A DNA stretch of 64,000 nt from positions 2,376 through 66,375 of the forward strand of contig JAFRPC010000028.1 of assembly GCA_017429325.1 (NCBI GenBank), in the 5' to 3' direction. This stretch comes from Oscillospiraceae bacterium (GTDB taxonomy: Bacteria; Bacillota; Clostridia; Oscillospirales; Oscillospiraceae). The translations under genes and the position numbers were made by a program. This document shows positions 34,315 to 45,714 of this stretch, in pieces. Within the stretch, counting starts at the first letter, position 1. Each line of letters opens with the position of its first letter. The notes under the pieces are model-generated. The model had not been told where the DNA came from, did not search any database, and saw only the letters and a list, made by a program, of their open reading frames with translations.

Positions 34315-34343
34315 ACTATATCAGATAAACTGCGAATTGTCAA
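34315..34343 (-). promoter_or_regulatory. Consensus sigma-70 promoter (TTGACA, 17 nt, TATAGT) driving the leader and the 8-gene operon
   Basis: On the plus strand tgtcaa lies at 34338-34343 and actata at 34315-34320, with an exact 17-nt spacer. The patch is AT-rich. Confidence 0.7.
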
Positions 34344-34475
34344 CGTCCATTTTTATAATTTTCAAACGAAATCCAATCAGGCGCTTTGGGATTCCAAAGG
34401 AGAAACGCCAAAAATCTGTTGCGTTTCCTCCTCCGGCATGGTACAATAGCATTTGAAACGGAGGCGGAGCTGGAT

Positions 34476-34940
34476 ATGACGGTAGAAACTGCGCGGCTGC
34501 GGCTGGTCCCCATCTCCAACAGGGAGCTGGAAGCGCTGATCGCCCGGGAAGAGGACCCGGAGCTGAAGCAGGCCTATTCAGAAATGCTCCAGGGCTGCCT
34601 GCGGGAGCCGGAAGCCCGCCTCTGGCACACGGTCTGGTATCTGGAGCGGAAGACCGCGCCGGGGACTGTCGTGGGGGACCTCAGCTTCAAGGGCCTGAAC
34701 CCCGACGGCTCGGCAGAGCTGGGCTACGGGCTCCGGGCGGGCTGCTGCGGCTGCGGCTACATGACCGAAGCCGTCCGGGCCGTCTGTACCTGGGCCTTTG
34801 CCCAGGGCGCGGTCCGGGTGGAGGCCGAGACCGCCCCGGAGAACACGGCCTCTCAGCGGGTCCTGGCCCGGGCGGGCTTCCTGCCCACCGGCGCCGTCGG
34901 CGAGGAGGGGCCCCGCTTCGCTCTCTTTCCGCCCCGCTGA
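34476..34940 (+). CDS. GNAT family N-acetyltransferase (RimJ/RimL-like), divergent from the operon
   Basis: RLRLVPIS..., GYGLRAGCCGCGYMTEAVRAV and PENTASQRVLARAGF are present. The start at 34476 follows GGAGGCGGAG. Confidence 0.8.
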   Translation: MTVETARLRLVPISNRELEALIAREEDPELKQAYSEMLQGCLREPEARLWHTVWYLERKTAPGTVVGDLSFKGLNPDGSAELGYGLRAGCCGCGYMTEAVRAVCTWAFAQGAVRVEAETAPENTASQRVLARAGFLPTGAVGEEGPRFALFPPR

Positions 34941-35062
34941 CCCGGCGCAGGCCGAGCCCCTGCGGCTCCCAGCTGGATTCATTTGGCATCGCCGTCATCT
35001 CGCCAAGATGACGTATTCTCCGGGCACAAGGCCCCGGAATTCTACAGAAAGGAATTTCAAAG

Positions 35063-36496
35063 ATGAAAGCACCCTTTTCTCCCTATCTGGACGCCCTCGC
35101 ACCCGGAATGAAGGCGCTGGCGGACATCCTGGGCAGGTCCTTTGACTATGTGAGCATCCTGTCCACCGATTCTGTCGGCTTCACCGTCTCCATCTCCCAG
35201 CGGAGCAAGCGCGTCACCGGAACCAACATGACCACCGAGCGCGGCAACGTCGTCCGCGTCTGGCGGAACGGTCAGTACAGCGAATACGCCTTCAACGAAG
35301 TGTCGGGAAGCATCGAGGAACTGGCCGAGACCATCCGCAAGGAGCTGGACCGCCAGTTCGCGGTCCTGGCGCTGACCGGCACGAAGGCCTTCGACACCCC
35401 CATCCTTGCGGACGAACCCCTGGAGCTCTTTGTGGAAAAAGAGACTGAACGCCTGCCCGAGCAGGAGGATATGGCGGCTCTGGTGGAGCGCTTCACCGGC
35501 CTGTCCGCCCGCGGGATGGAGACCATTCCCCGGGCTCTGGACTGCCTTCTGAACGCCTCCTCCACCCACATCTGCAAGATGTTCCTCACCAAAAACCGCT
35601 TCCTGCGCCAGAGCTACGTCTACACGGAAGGCAGCTGCGCGGCATACGCGCCGAACGACGCCGGGGAGATCAAGTTCGCATACAACGGGGTCTCCGGCTG
35701 CTGCGGTCCCGAGGTGCTGGAGGGCCTGAAGAAGGTCGTCGAGGAGCTGCCGAAGACCATGGAGGAGATGCTCGCCTCCGAGAAGATCGTCCCCGGTGAG
35801 TACGAGATCATCACCGACCCCGGCATCAGCGGCCTGATCGCCCACGAGGCCTTCGGCCACGGCGTCGAGATGGATATGTTTGTGAAGAAGCGCGCCTTGG
35901 GCGCCGAATACATCGGCAAGCGCGTGGGCTCCGACCTGTGCACCATGCACGAGGGCGCCCTCTGCGAGGAGAGCGTCACCGCCTACGCCTTCGACGACGA
36001 GGGCACCCTGGCCGGCGACGTGACCGAGATTGACCACGGCATCCTGAAGACCGGCATCTGCGACGCCCTGGCCGCCCTGCGGCTGGGCACGGTGCCCACC
36101 GGCAACGGCAAGCGGGAGAACTTCGCCCACAAGGCATACACCCGCATGACCAACACCATTTTCGACTCCGGCGACAGTACCTTTGAGGAAATGGTCGCCT
36201 CTGTCAAGCACGGGTATCTGCTGCGGGGCACCGAGAGCGGCATGGAGGACCCCAAGCACTGGGGCATCCAGTGCATCATCGCCCGGGGCTACGAGATCAA
36301 GGACGGCGCCTTCACCGGCAAGGTGGTCTCCCCCGTGGTCATGACCGGCTACGTGCCGGATCTGCTGGGCGGCATCTGCATGGCCTCCCGGGACCGCAAG
36401 GTGGACGGCAACGGCGGCTGCGGCAAGGGCCACAAGGAATGGGTCAAGGTGGCCGACGGCGGCCCCTATCTGAAAACGAAAGCGAGGCTGGGATAA
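35063..36496 (+). CDS. tldD: TldD-like metallopeptidase (second copy)
   Basis: The HEAFGH (HExxxH) motif is present, and the C-terminal GGCGKG region is typical. Confidence 0.85.
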   Translation: MKAPFSPYLDALAPGMKALADILGRSFDYVSILSTDSVGFTVSISQRSKRVTGTNMTTERGNVVRVWRNGQYSEYAFNEVSGSIEELAETIRKELDRQFAVLALTGTKAFDTPILADEPLELFVEKETERLPEQEDMAALVERFTGLSARGMETIPRALDCLLNASSTHICKMFLTKNRFLRQSYVYTEGSCAAYAPNDAGEIKFAYNGVSGCCGPEVLEGLKKVVEELPKTMEEMLASEKIVPGEYEIITDPGISGLIAHEAFGHGVEMDMFVKKRALGAEYIGKRVGSDLCTMHEGALCEESVTAYAFDDEGTLAGDVTEIDHGILKTGICDALAALRLGTVPTGNGKRENFAHKAYTRMTNTIFDSGDSTFEEMVASVKHGYLLRGTESGMEDPKHWGIQCIIARGYEIKDGAFTGKVVSPVVMTGYVPDLLGGICMASRDRKVDGNGGCGKGHKEWVKVADGGPYLKTKARLG

Positions 36497-37770
36497 TGCT
36501 GAATCGGATCCTGGAACAAATCAAGGCTCTCGGCTGTACGATCTGGGAGCTGAAGGAAACCACCACCCGCAGCTGGGAATTCTACTTCATCCGGCACGAG
36601 CTGGATCAGAACCGCGTGACCGAGGTCAAGACCTTCGGCGTGACCCTCTACCGTCCGCTGGAGGGCGGCCTGCTGGGCTCCGCCTCCGGGGAGCTCTCTC
36701 CCACTGCCTCCGAGGCTGAAATCAAAAAGACCCTGTCCGACATCTATTTCCAGGCCTCCCTGGTGAAGAATCCCGCCTACCGGCTGAACGACAAGCCTGT
36801 GGCCTCTCCGGAGCTGAAGGACGTGGACGTTGCCGCCATCGCAAAGGAGTTCATCACCGCCATGTCGCAGGTGCATGAGACCGAGACCGAGGACATCAAC
36901 TCCTATGAGATCTTCGTCAAGGAGATCACCCGCCATTACCGCAACTCCAACGGCGTGGAATCTACGGTCCGCTATCCCAGCTCCATGATTGAGGTCATTC
37001 TCAACGCCCGCAGCGGCGAGCATGAGATCGAGCTTTACCGCTGCTTCCGCTCCGGCACCTGCGACGCGGAAAAGCTCTGCCGCGACACAGAAAAGGCCCT
37101 CCGCTACGCCAAGGACCGGCTGGTCACGGAGCCCACGCCGAAGCTGAATACCTTCGACGTGCTCTTCTCCACGAGCGACGCGGTCCAAATCTATGAATAC
37201 TTCTCCGACAAGATGAGCGCCGATATGATCTTCCGCAAGCTCTCCGACTGGGAGCCCGGCAAGGCCATTGCCGAAAACATGACCGGAGACCGGATCACCA
37301 TGAAGGCCGTTTCCGCGCTGGAGAACTCCTCCTCCGACTATCCCATCGACGAGGAGGGCGCCGCCATCCGGGACCGCGTCCTGATCCGCAGCGGCGTGGC
37401 TGAGAACATCTGGGGACATCGGCAGTTCTGCCAGTACCTGGGCGCGGAGGACAGCTCCATTGTCCGCAACCTCGTGGTCGAGGGCGGCGCCCGCTCCGAG
37501 GAGGAGATCCGCCGGGGGGATTATCTGGAGGTCGTGGAGTATTCCTCCTTCCAGGTGGACGCCATGGGCGGCGACATCGCCGGAGAAATTCGCCTGGGTT
37601 ATCTGCACCAGAACGGCCAGGTCCGCATCGTCTGCGGCGGCTCCGTCACCGGCCAGATGGCCGAGGTCATCCCCACCATGGAGTTCTCCGCCGAGACGGA
37701 GCAGTACAACAACTTCGTGATCCCCCGCGTGACCCGGCTGAAGAACCTCAAAATCACCGGAATTGCATAA
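36496..37770 (+). CDS. PmbA/TldE-like metallopeptidase subunit (second copy, divergent)
   Basis: It is translationally coupled to the upstream gene (TAATG overlap at 36494-36498). It has the family layout without HExxxH. Confidence 0.7.
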   Translation: MLNRILEQIKALGCTIWELKETTTRSWEFYFIRHELDQNRVTEVKTFGVTLYRPLEGGLLGSASGELSPTASEAEIKKTLSDIYFQASLVKNPAYRLNDKPVASPELKDVDVAAIAKEFITAMSQVHETETEDINSYEIFVKEITRHYRNSNGVESTVRYPSSMIEVILNARSGEHEIELYRCFRSGTCDAEKLCRDTEKALRYAKDRLVTEPTPKLNTFDVLFSTSDAVQIYEYFSDKMSADMIFRKLSDWEPGKAIAENMTGDRITMKAVSALENSSSDYPIDEEGAAIRDRVLIRSGVAENIWGHRQFCQYLGAEDSSIVRNLVVEGGARSEEEIRRGDYLEVVEYSSFQVDAMGGDIAGEIRLGYLHQNGQVRIVCGGSVTGQMAEVIPTMEFSAETEQYNNFVIPRVTRLKNLKITGIA

Positions 37771-37782
37771 TAATTTGTGTTA

Positions 37783-37838
37783 CCTGTACAGGGGGGAGAA
37801 AAAAGTTCTTGACATTTCCCCCCTGTACAGGCTATAAT
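37783..37838 (+). promoter_or_regulatory. rpmH promoter (TTGACA, 18 nt, TATAAT) embedded in a 15-bp perfect inverted repeat
   Basis: The -35 lies at 37809-37814 and the -10 at 37833-37838. The inverted-repeat arms cctgtacagggggga (37783-37797) and tcccccctgtacagg (37817-37831) flank the -35. Confidence 0.6.
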
Positions 37839-37926
37839 ATTCGCCGACGAGCCTTCGGGCTCTTGATTCACTCGCTGCGGCTGTATGACAGCTGTTGAGC
37901 ATAATCTACCATAGGAGGTGTACACC

Positions 37927-38061
37927 ATGCTGCGTACCTATCAGCCCAGAAAGCGCCACAGAGCCAAAGTCCACGGCTTCAGAAAGAGAATGGCTACCGC
38001 CAACGGTCGGAAGGTCCTGGCCCGCCGCCGTGCAAAGGGCAGAGCCGTTATCTCCGCCTAA
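37927..38061 (+). CDS. rpmH: 50S ribosomal protein L34
   Basis: The translation is [44 protein letters not shown]. The ORF is below the track's length cut-off and I found it by reading the sequence. Confidence 0.95.
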   Translation: MLRTYQPRKRHRAKVHGFRKRMATANGRKVLARRRAKGRAVISA

Positions 38062-38182
38062 GCAGCTTGGAAAACGGTCAGGCAGTCCGTTGAATTGCCT
38101 TTGAACGGTTCGGGGTGAACGGATGAACCATCTGTTCGCCCCGAAGCCATATCATCCGGCAACGGGGAACAGACAACAGGAG

Positions 38183-38542
38183 ATGTGTTCTGTGGAGTAT
38201 ACGACGCCGCTGAAGCAGAACCACGTGTTCCGCAGGCTCTATGCCAAGGGCGAAAGCGCCGTTGGCAGTTTTGTCGTTGTCTACACCCGGCGCAACGGGA
38301 CCCAGACGAACCGGCTCGGCATCACCACCGGCGTCAAGCTGGGCCATGCCGTGGACCGCAATCGGGCCCGCCGCCGTCTTCGGGAGACCTACCGCCTGCA
38401 CGAGACCCGGCTGAAGCGGGGCTACGACATCGTCCTGGTGGCCCGGTCCGCCGCCATTGACGGGGATTTCACCGCCATGGGCAGAAGCTTCCTGCGCCAG
38501 TGCCGGAAGCTGGGCCTGCTGAGAGAGGAGGCGCCGGAATGA
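38183..38542 (+). CDS. rnpA: Ribonuclease P protein component
   Basis: It follows rpmH and carries the RNR-like basic motif [13 protein letters not shown]. The start is uncertain: ATG 38183 or GTG 38192. Confidence 0.85.
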   Translation: MCSVEYTTPLKQNHVFRRLYAKGESAVGSFVVVYTRRNGTQTNRLGITTGVKLGHAVDRNRARRRLRETYRLHETRLKRGYDIVLVARSAAIDGDFTAMGRSFLRQCRKLGLLREEAPE

Positions 38543-38751
38543 AACGCCTGATGCTGATGCTGATCCGCTTCTATCAGCGCTGGATCTCCCCCGCCTATCC
38601 CCGGCGATGCCGATTTGAGCCCACCTGCAGCGAATACGCCGCCCAGGCCATCGGCAAGTACGGCGCTCTGAAGGGCGGGGCTCTGGCCGCCCGACGGCTC
38701 TGCCGCTGCCATCCGTATTCCAAGCGCGACTACTTTGATCCTGTGCCGTGA
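38539..38751 (+). CDS. yidD: Membrane protein insertion efficiency factor YidD
   Basis: The sequence is [11 protein letters not shown]...[11 protein letters not shown]...CHP. It overlaps the rnpA stop (ATGA). Confidence 0.9.
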   Translation: MKRLMLMLIRFYQRWISPAYPRRCRFEPTCSEYAAQAIGKYGALKGGALAARRLCRCHPYSKRDYFDPVP

Positions 38752-38837
38752 TCCGGCGCACCCATGCTCCCCAAAGCGAGACATTTCCCACGACCGGCAA
38801 GCCCGGTCACACACAAACTGTCTATTGGAGAACACAC

Positions 38838-40340
38838 ATGAAAAAACGAATGTTTACCCGCGGTCTCAGCCTTGCGCTCCTGGCCCTGATCTTTATCGGG
38901 CTCCTGGGGCTTTCCGGCTGTGTGGCCGCAAACAACACCCCGATGATCTGGGTCAAGGCCGAGACCGGCGAGCAGGTGTCTGCGGACCTCGTAAAGACCG
39001 ACGCCGCGGACAGCGACCGGCATTACGTGGTCAACGAGGATGAATCCGAGACCGAAGTCTATCAGCTTGTGGACCTCAGCAGCTATTCCACCGAGAAGAA
39101 ATTAGGCGCTTTTGACTACATCAAGCTCCCCTTCTCCTATCTGCTGCGCTGGCTCTACGACCTGACCAACAGCTACGGCTGGGCCCTCATCCTCTTCGCC
39201 ATCATCGTCAAGGTCATCATCTTCCCCGCCTCCGCCAAGAGCAAGAAGAGCATGATGAAGATGTCCCGCCTCACCCCCAGAGTCAAGGCCCTGGAGGCGA
39301 AGTTCGGCGACGACAGGCAGGGCTATCAGCAGGCGGTCAATCAGCTCTACAAGGAAGAGGGCGCCGGCGGCTGCGGCGGCTGCCTGTGGTCTCTGCTTCC
39401 CATGCTGCTGCTGATCCCCCTGTACTATATCATCCGCGAGCCCATCACCTGGCTGATGTTCCACGGCGACGTGGACGCCAAGACCATCGGCGAGATCCAG
39501 AACATCTTCCTGGCCGCCAAGCAGGCCGCCGCCAAGGGAACGGCCCTGCACGAGCTCAATGCCACCGGCTTCTACTGGCAGATGGAGGCCCTGCCCTTCA
39601 TCAACGATGTCAAGGCGCAGCTGACTGCCATCTCCCCCGAGATCGTGTCCATGAACACCCGCTTCTTCGGGGTGGAGCTGGCGACGGTGCCCCACCTGAT
39701 GTTCTGGCAGTACTTTGACATCCACGGCGTCTGGAACTCCATCGGCCAATTCCTGCTGCCCATGCTCTCCGGCGGCATCAACATGCTGTCCATGTGGATG
39801 AGCCAGAAGATGAACAACACCGTCATCGTCAACGAAAAGGGCGAGCAGGACAGCGATATGGCCAAGAGCTCCCCGCAGAACAACAAGGCCATGACCCTGC
39901 TCATGCCCCTGTTTTCCGTCTATATCGGCTTCATCGCGCCTGCTGGCCTGTCCCTGTACTGGTTCCTGCAAGGCCTGTTCAGCATGATCCAGGACTATTT
40001 CCTCACCAAGCACTACAAGCAGGTTTATGACGCCGAGGACGCGGTCAAGCAGGCCAAGGCCGCCGAGGAGGCCGCGCTGGAGGCTGAGCGCGAGCGTCTG
40101 CGGGCCCAGCGCCGGGCTGAGAACCCCGACGGCATGTTGGGCAGCGCCAGCAAGAAAAAGCTCCAGCAGCGCGAGAAGAACGAGCAGGCCGCCAAGGAGG
40201 CCGCCTACCAGGCCGCCCAGGCAGCGCTGGAGGGCCGCCAGACCGACGCGGAATCCGAATCCGGACAGCTTGACGGGGACCGCCCCTTCCGCAAGGGCCG
40301 GAACTATGACCCCAACCGCTACAAGAACAACAAGGAGTAA
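38838..40340 (+). CDS. yidC: YidC/Oxa1-family membrane insertase (lipoprotein type) with a long charged C-terminal tail
   Basis: A lipobox signal (LLGLSGC) is present. Conserved blocks are GWALILFAIIVK and PLYYIIR. It holds the conserved position after yidD. Confidence 0.9.
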   Translation: MKKRMFTRGLSLALLALIFIGLLGLSGCVAANNTPMIWVKAETGEQVSADLVKTDAADSDRHYVVNEDESETEVYQLVDLSSYSTEKKLGAFDYIKLPFSYLLRWLYDLTNSYGWALILFAIIVKVIIFPASAKSKKSMMKMSRLTPRVKALEAKFGDDRQGYQQAVNQLYKEEGAGGCGGCLWSLLPMLLLIPLYYIIREPITWLMFHGDVDAKTIGEIQNIFLAAKQAAAKGTALHELNATGFYWQMEALPFINDVKAQLTAISPEIVSMNTRFFGVELATVPHLMFWQYFDIHGVWNSIGQFLLPMLSGGINMLSMWMSQKMNNTVIVNEKGEQDSDMAKSSPQNNKAMTLLMPLFSVYIGFIAPAGLSLYWFLQGLFSMIQDYFLTKHYKQVYDAEDAVKQAKAAEEAALEAERERLRAQRRAENPDGMLGSASKKKLQQREKNEQAAKEAAYQAAQAALEGRQTDAESESGQLDGDRPFRKGRNYDPNRYKNNKE

Positions 40341-40342
40341 GT

Positions 40343-41296
40343 ATGGAGAAATATATCATCACCACCGGCAAGAGCATAGAGCTGGCCATCAACGCCGCCC
40401 TTGCCGAGCTGAAGCTGGACCGCGACGCCGTTTCGGTGGAGGTCCTGGAAAATGCGAGGTCCGGCTTCCTGGGCATCGGCGCCAGCCCCGCCAAGGTCAA
40501 AGTGACCTACGAGGTCCCGGACCCCAAGCCCGCGGAGCCCGCTCCGGCCCTGTCCGCCGCCTCCCGCAAGCCCAAGAAGCAGGCGCCCAAGCTGGAAAAG
40601 CCGCTGGAAATGCCCAAGCCCCCCGTCCTGCCCAAGATGCCCGAGGCTCCCAAGCCCGAGGCCAAGCGCCAGGAGGCTCCGAAGCTCGTAAAGCCCGTAC
40701 AGCCGGAAAAGTCCCCCAAGGCTGAGCAGCCGAAGAAGGTCGAGCAGTCCAAAAAGAACGAGCAGCCCAAGAAGCAGGCCCCCCGCAAGGAGGCTCCCAA
40801 GGCGCCCGCCGCAGCCAAGGAATACGCGCCCGCTGCCCCCGGCTCCCAGGAGGAGCGGGTCGAGACCTTCCTGAAGGGTCTGCTGGAGCGCATGGAATCC
40901 ACCGCTGTCCCCCACGCCTTCCGCAAGGACGACGAGACCATCGGCGTGGAGCTGGTGGGCGACGACTTAGGCGCGATGATCGGTCGTCGGGGCGAGACCC
41001 TGGACGCCATTCAGCATTTGGCGAACTACGCGCTGAACAACAACGCCTCCAAGCGCACCCGCGTCACGGTGGACGCCGAAAACTACCGCGGCAAGCGCGA
41101 GGAGTCTCTGCGCCACCTGGCCCGGAAAATGGCCGCCAAGGTGGTCAAATACCGCAAGAACATGACCTTGGAGCCCATGAACGCCTATGAGCGCCACGTC
41201 ATCCACGCGACCTTGCAGGACGTTCCCAACGTCACGACCTACTCCGTGGGCACCGAGCCCAACCGCCGCGTTGTGGTGGCCTACGAGAAGGACTAA
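40343..41296 (+). CDS. jag: Jag/KhpB (EloR) RNA-binding protein with Jag_N, KH and R3H domains and a P/K/E-rich linker
   Basis: The Jag_N region is IELAINAALAELKL. KH is marked by GAMIGRRGETLDAIQ and R3H by MNAYERHVIHATL. Confidence 0.9.
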   Translation: MEKYIITTGKSIELAINAALAELKLDRDAVSVEVLENARSGFLGIGASPAKVKVTYEVPDPKPAEPAPALSAASRKPKKQAPKLEKPLEMPKPPVLPKMPEAPKPEAKRQEAPKLVKPVQPEKSPKAEQPKKVEQSKKNEQPKKQAPRKEAPKAPAAAKEYAPAAPGSQEERVETFLKGLLERMESTAVPHAFRKDDETIGVELVGDDLGAMIGRRGETLDAIQHLANYALNNNASKRTRVTVDAENYRGKREESLRHLARKMAAKVVKYRKNMTLEPMNAYERHVIHATLQDVPNVTTYSVGTEPNRRVVVAYEKD

Positions 41297-41319
41297 TTCT
41301 ATCGCGGAGGTAACGCTCT

Positions 41320-43716
<2,397 letters not shown>

Positions 43717-43724
43717 ATCAGAAA

Positions 43725-43758
43725 AACAGGGGCGAATCTTGTGTTCGTCCCTGTTTTT
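43725..43758 (+). terminator. Intrinsic terminator after glgP
   Basis: The stem is aacaggggcgaa / ttcgtccctgtt (one G-U pair), followed by a T-tract. Confidence 0.65.
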
Positions 43759-43772
43759 CCAAGGAGCATCCT

Positions 43773-45614
43773 ATGCGAATCCTATACGACAGTCGTGATG
43801 AGCAATACAAGACTCCCTTTGGTACGCTGACGGTCGAGCAGAATTGTACACTTCACGTCAGGATCCCGAAGGAGATTGAGACAAAATTCGTTCAGCTCGT
43901 TCTTGAAAAGGCGGACGCCGACGCCGCCCTGGAGTTCCCCTTCTCCTGGGCTGACAGCGAGGGAGATTACGACGTGTTCCGCTGTGAGTTCTCCATCGAC
44001 GCCCGGGGCCTGTATTTCTACTGGTTCCGCATCACCGCCAGGAGCGGGACCTTCCGCCTCTTCCGGCAGGGCCGGGACACCAACATGGAGGCGGGGGAGC
44101 GCTGGCAGCTCAGCGTCATCCCCGCGGACTTCACCGTGCCGAAGGCCTTTCAGGGCCGTGTCATGTATCAGATCTTCCCGGACCGCTTCGCCCGGGAGGG
44201 CGAGACCGAGCTGCGAGACAAGCTGCGGCCCTTCGTCCTCCGGGAGGACTGGGGCGGGACGCCGGAGTACCGGCCCGACCCTGCGGCGGGGGAGATCCTC
44301 TGCAACGACTTTTTCGGCGGCAATTTCCGGGGCATTCAGTCCCGCCTGCCCTATCTGCACAGCCTCGGCGTGGGGGTCCTCTATCTGAACCCCATCTCCA
44401 TGGCCTTCTCCAACCACCGCTACGACACGGCGGACTACAAGCGCCCCGACCCCATGCTGGGGACGGAGGCGGAGTTCCGCGCCCTCTGCGAGGCGGCGCA
44501 CCGGCTGGATATGAAGGTGATCCTGGACGGCGTCTATTCCCACACGGGGGCAAACTCCGTCTATTTCGACCGGTACGGCGTCTTCGGCACCGGCGCTTAC
44601 TCCAGAGGCGAGGCCTCGCCCTACTACAAGTGGTACAGCTTCCGCCGCTATCCCGACGACTACGAGTGCTGGTGGAACTTCGTGACCCTCCCCAACGTCA
44701 ACGAGCTGGAAGAGAGCTACCTGGACTATATCATCCGGGACGAGGACAGCGTGGTGGCCCACTGGCTGGCGCTGGGGGCCGACGGCTTCCGCCTGGACGT
44801 GGCTGATGAGCTGCCCGACGCCTTCATCGCCTGCTTCAAGGCCCGGCTGCGGCAGCTGGACCCCGAGGCCCTGCTGATGGGCGAGGTCTGGGAGGACGCT
44901 TCCAACAAATCCGCCTACTCGGTCCGCCGCCGCTACTTCGTGGACGGCGAGCTGGACAGCGTGATGAACTATCCCTGGCGCACGGCCATCCTGGACTTCC
45001 TGCGGGACCAGGACGACGGGAGCGCCCTGGGAGAAGCCATCATGACCATCGCGGAGAACTACCCGCCCCAGGTGCTCCAGGCCCTGATGAACGCCCTGAG
45101 CACCCACGACACCCCCCGCATCCTCACCGCTCTGGCGGGGGACTTCGAGGGAAGCCGGGAGGAACAGGCCCGGGTCCGGCTGAGCCCTGAGGCGCGGGAG
45201 CAGGCCCTGGAGCGGCTGCGTTTCGCCGCTTTCCTCCAGTTCACCCTGCCGGGCTGTCCCTGCATCTACTACGGCGACGAGGCGGGCATGGAGGGCTGCA
45301 AGGACCCCTTCAACCGGGGCTGCTACCCCTGGGGCCGGGAGGACGGGCACTTTTTGGAGCTCTATCGCAGCCTGAGCGCCCTGCGGAACGACGCTCCTGC
45401 CCTGCAAAGGGGCACGGTCCGCGTCACCGAGGCCGGAGGCGGCAGGCTCACCTTCCTGCGGCGCTGCGAGACCCAGCGGGTCCTCTGCTGCGTCAACCGC
45501 TCCGACGCCCCCCTGCGGGTGGAGGCCCGGCGCTGTCTGCTGTCCCGGAACGCCGAAGCGGAGGGCAGCGGCTTTACGGTCCGTCCCAACGGCTTCGGCT
45601 GCTTTGAATTATGA
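43773..45614 (+). CDS. GH13 alpha-amylase-family enzyme (neopullulanase/cyclomaltodextrinase-like)
   Basis: GH13 regions are I DGVYSH, II GFRLDVADE, III GEVWED and IV LSTHDTPR. The start at 43773 follows AAGGAG. Confidence 0.9.
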   Translation: MRILYDSRDEQYKTPFGTLTVEQNCTLHVRIPKEIETKFVQLVLEKADADAALEFPFSWADSEGDYDVFRCEFSIDARGLYFYWFRITARSGTFRLFRQGRDTNMEAGERWQLSVIPADFTVPKAFQGRVMYQIFPDRFAREGETELRDKLRPFVLREDWGGTPEYRPDPAAGEILCNDFFGGNFRGIQSRLPYLHSLGVGVLYLNPISMAFSNHRYDTADYKRPDPMLGTEAEFRALCEAAHRLDMKVILDGVYSHTGANSVYFDRYGVFGTGAYSRGEASPYYKWYSFRRYPDDYECWWNFVTLPNVNELEESYLDYIIRDEDSVVAHWLALGADGFRLDVADELPDAFIACFKARLRQLDPEALLMGEVWEDASNKSAYSVRRRYFVDGELDSVMNYPWRTAILDFLRDQDDGSALGEAIMTIAENYPPQVLQALMNALSTHDTPRILTALAGDFEGSREEQARVRLSPEAREQALERLRFAAFLQFTLPGCPCIYYGDEAGMEGCKDPFNRGCYPWGREDGHFLELYRSLSALRNDAPALQRGTVRVTEAGGGRLTFLRRCETQRVLCCVNRSDAPLRVEARRCLLSRNAEAEGSGFTVRPNGFGCFEL

Positions 45615-45714
45615 CATTATAAGGCCTTCCCCCTCGGGGGAAGGTGCCCCAGTGCGCACACTGGGGCGGATGAGGGGCGTGTGATTCTGCTGACGCCCGG
45701 AAAGGAGACCCCCC

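Noticed and set aside
37771-37926. oriC / DnaA-box cluster next to rpmH
   Set aside because: I saw no repeated TTATCCACA-like 9-mers here or in the other intergenic regions. dnaA is not in the window.
40500-40870. Low-complexity P/K/E/A-rich stretch that could be a separate repeat or surface-protein gene
   Set aside because: It is the interdomain linker of Jag/KhpB, in frame between Jag_N and the KH/R3H domains. Only loose, imperfect reiteration is present at the DNA level.
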